A DNA stretch of 64,000 bases, taken from positions 34,596,001 through 34,660,000 of the forward strand of contig CM022671.1 of assembly GCA_012295275.1 (NCBI GenBank). Reading direction: 5' to 3'. The first letter of the stretch is position 1, and every line of letters begins with the position of its first letter. Under the pieces are notes generated by a model. That model saw only the letters and a program-made list of their open reading frames with translations. It did not search any database and was not told where the DNA came from. Positions 63,946-64,000 of this stretch are shown here, one piece after another. This stretch comes from Chrysomallon squamiferum (Eukaryota > Animalia > Mollusca). The position numbers and the translations under genes are program-made.

Positions 63946-64000
63946 ACTGTTTCTCTCTCTCTCACTATTCCTTCGCATTACGATTTTTGATCATTACAGC

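Overview
AT-rich, microsatellite-saturated animal genomic DNA. The interspersed-repeat remnants and the GPCR type suggest a gastropod mollusc; this is an inference. Almost all entries in the ORF track are simple-repeat artefacts. Real coding content: (1) a complete 10-exon alkaline phosphatase gene on + (40171-46443, 527 aa, signal peptide and GPI-type tail). All metal ligands are present, but the Asp before the catalytic Ser is replaced by Ser, a natural equivalent of the E. coli D101S high-turnover mutant. (2) An intronless rhodopsin-class (FMRFamide-receptor-like/Srw-like) GPCR on - (51636-53231, 531 aa) with a signal peptide, a long Ser/Thr-rich mucin-like ectodomain and a well-spaced TATA/Inr promoter. 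(3) A decayed paralogue of that GPCR on + (about 48967-50311), tail-to-tail with it and fragmented in the ORF track. (4) At least two probable ATG-initiated, phase-1 first exons on - (36171-36621, 14295-14472) of an unidentified large gene whose body probably lies left of the window. The rest is intronic or intergenic, with SINE-like remnants, minisatellites and short duplications.
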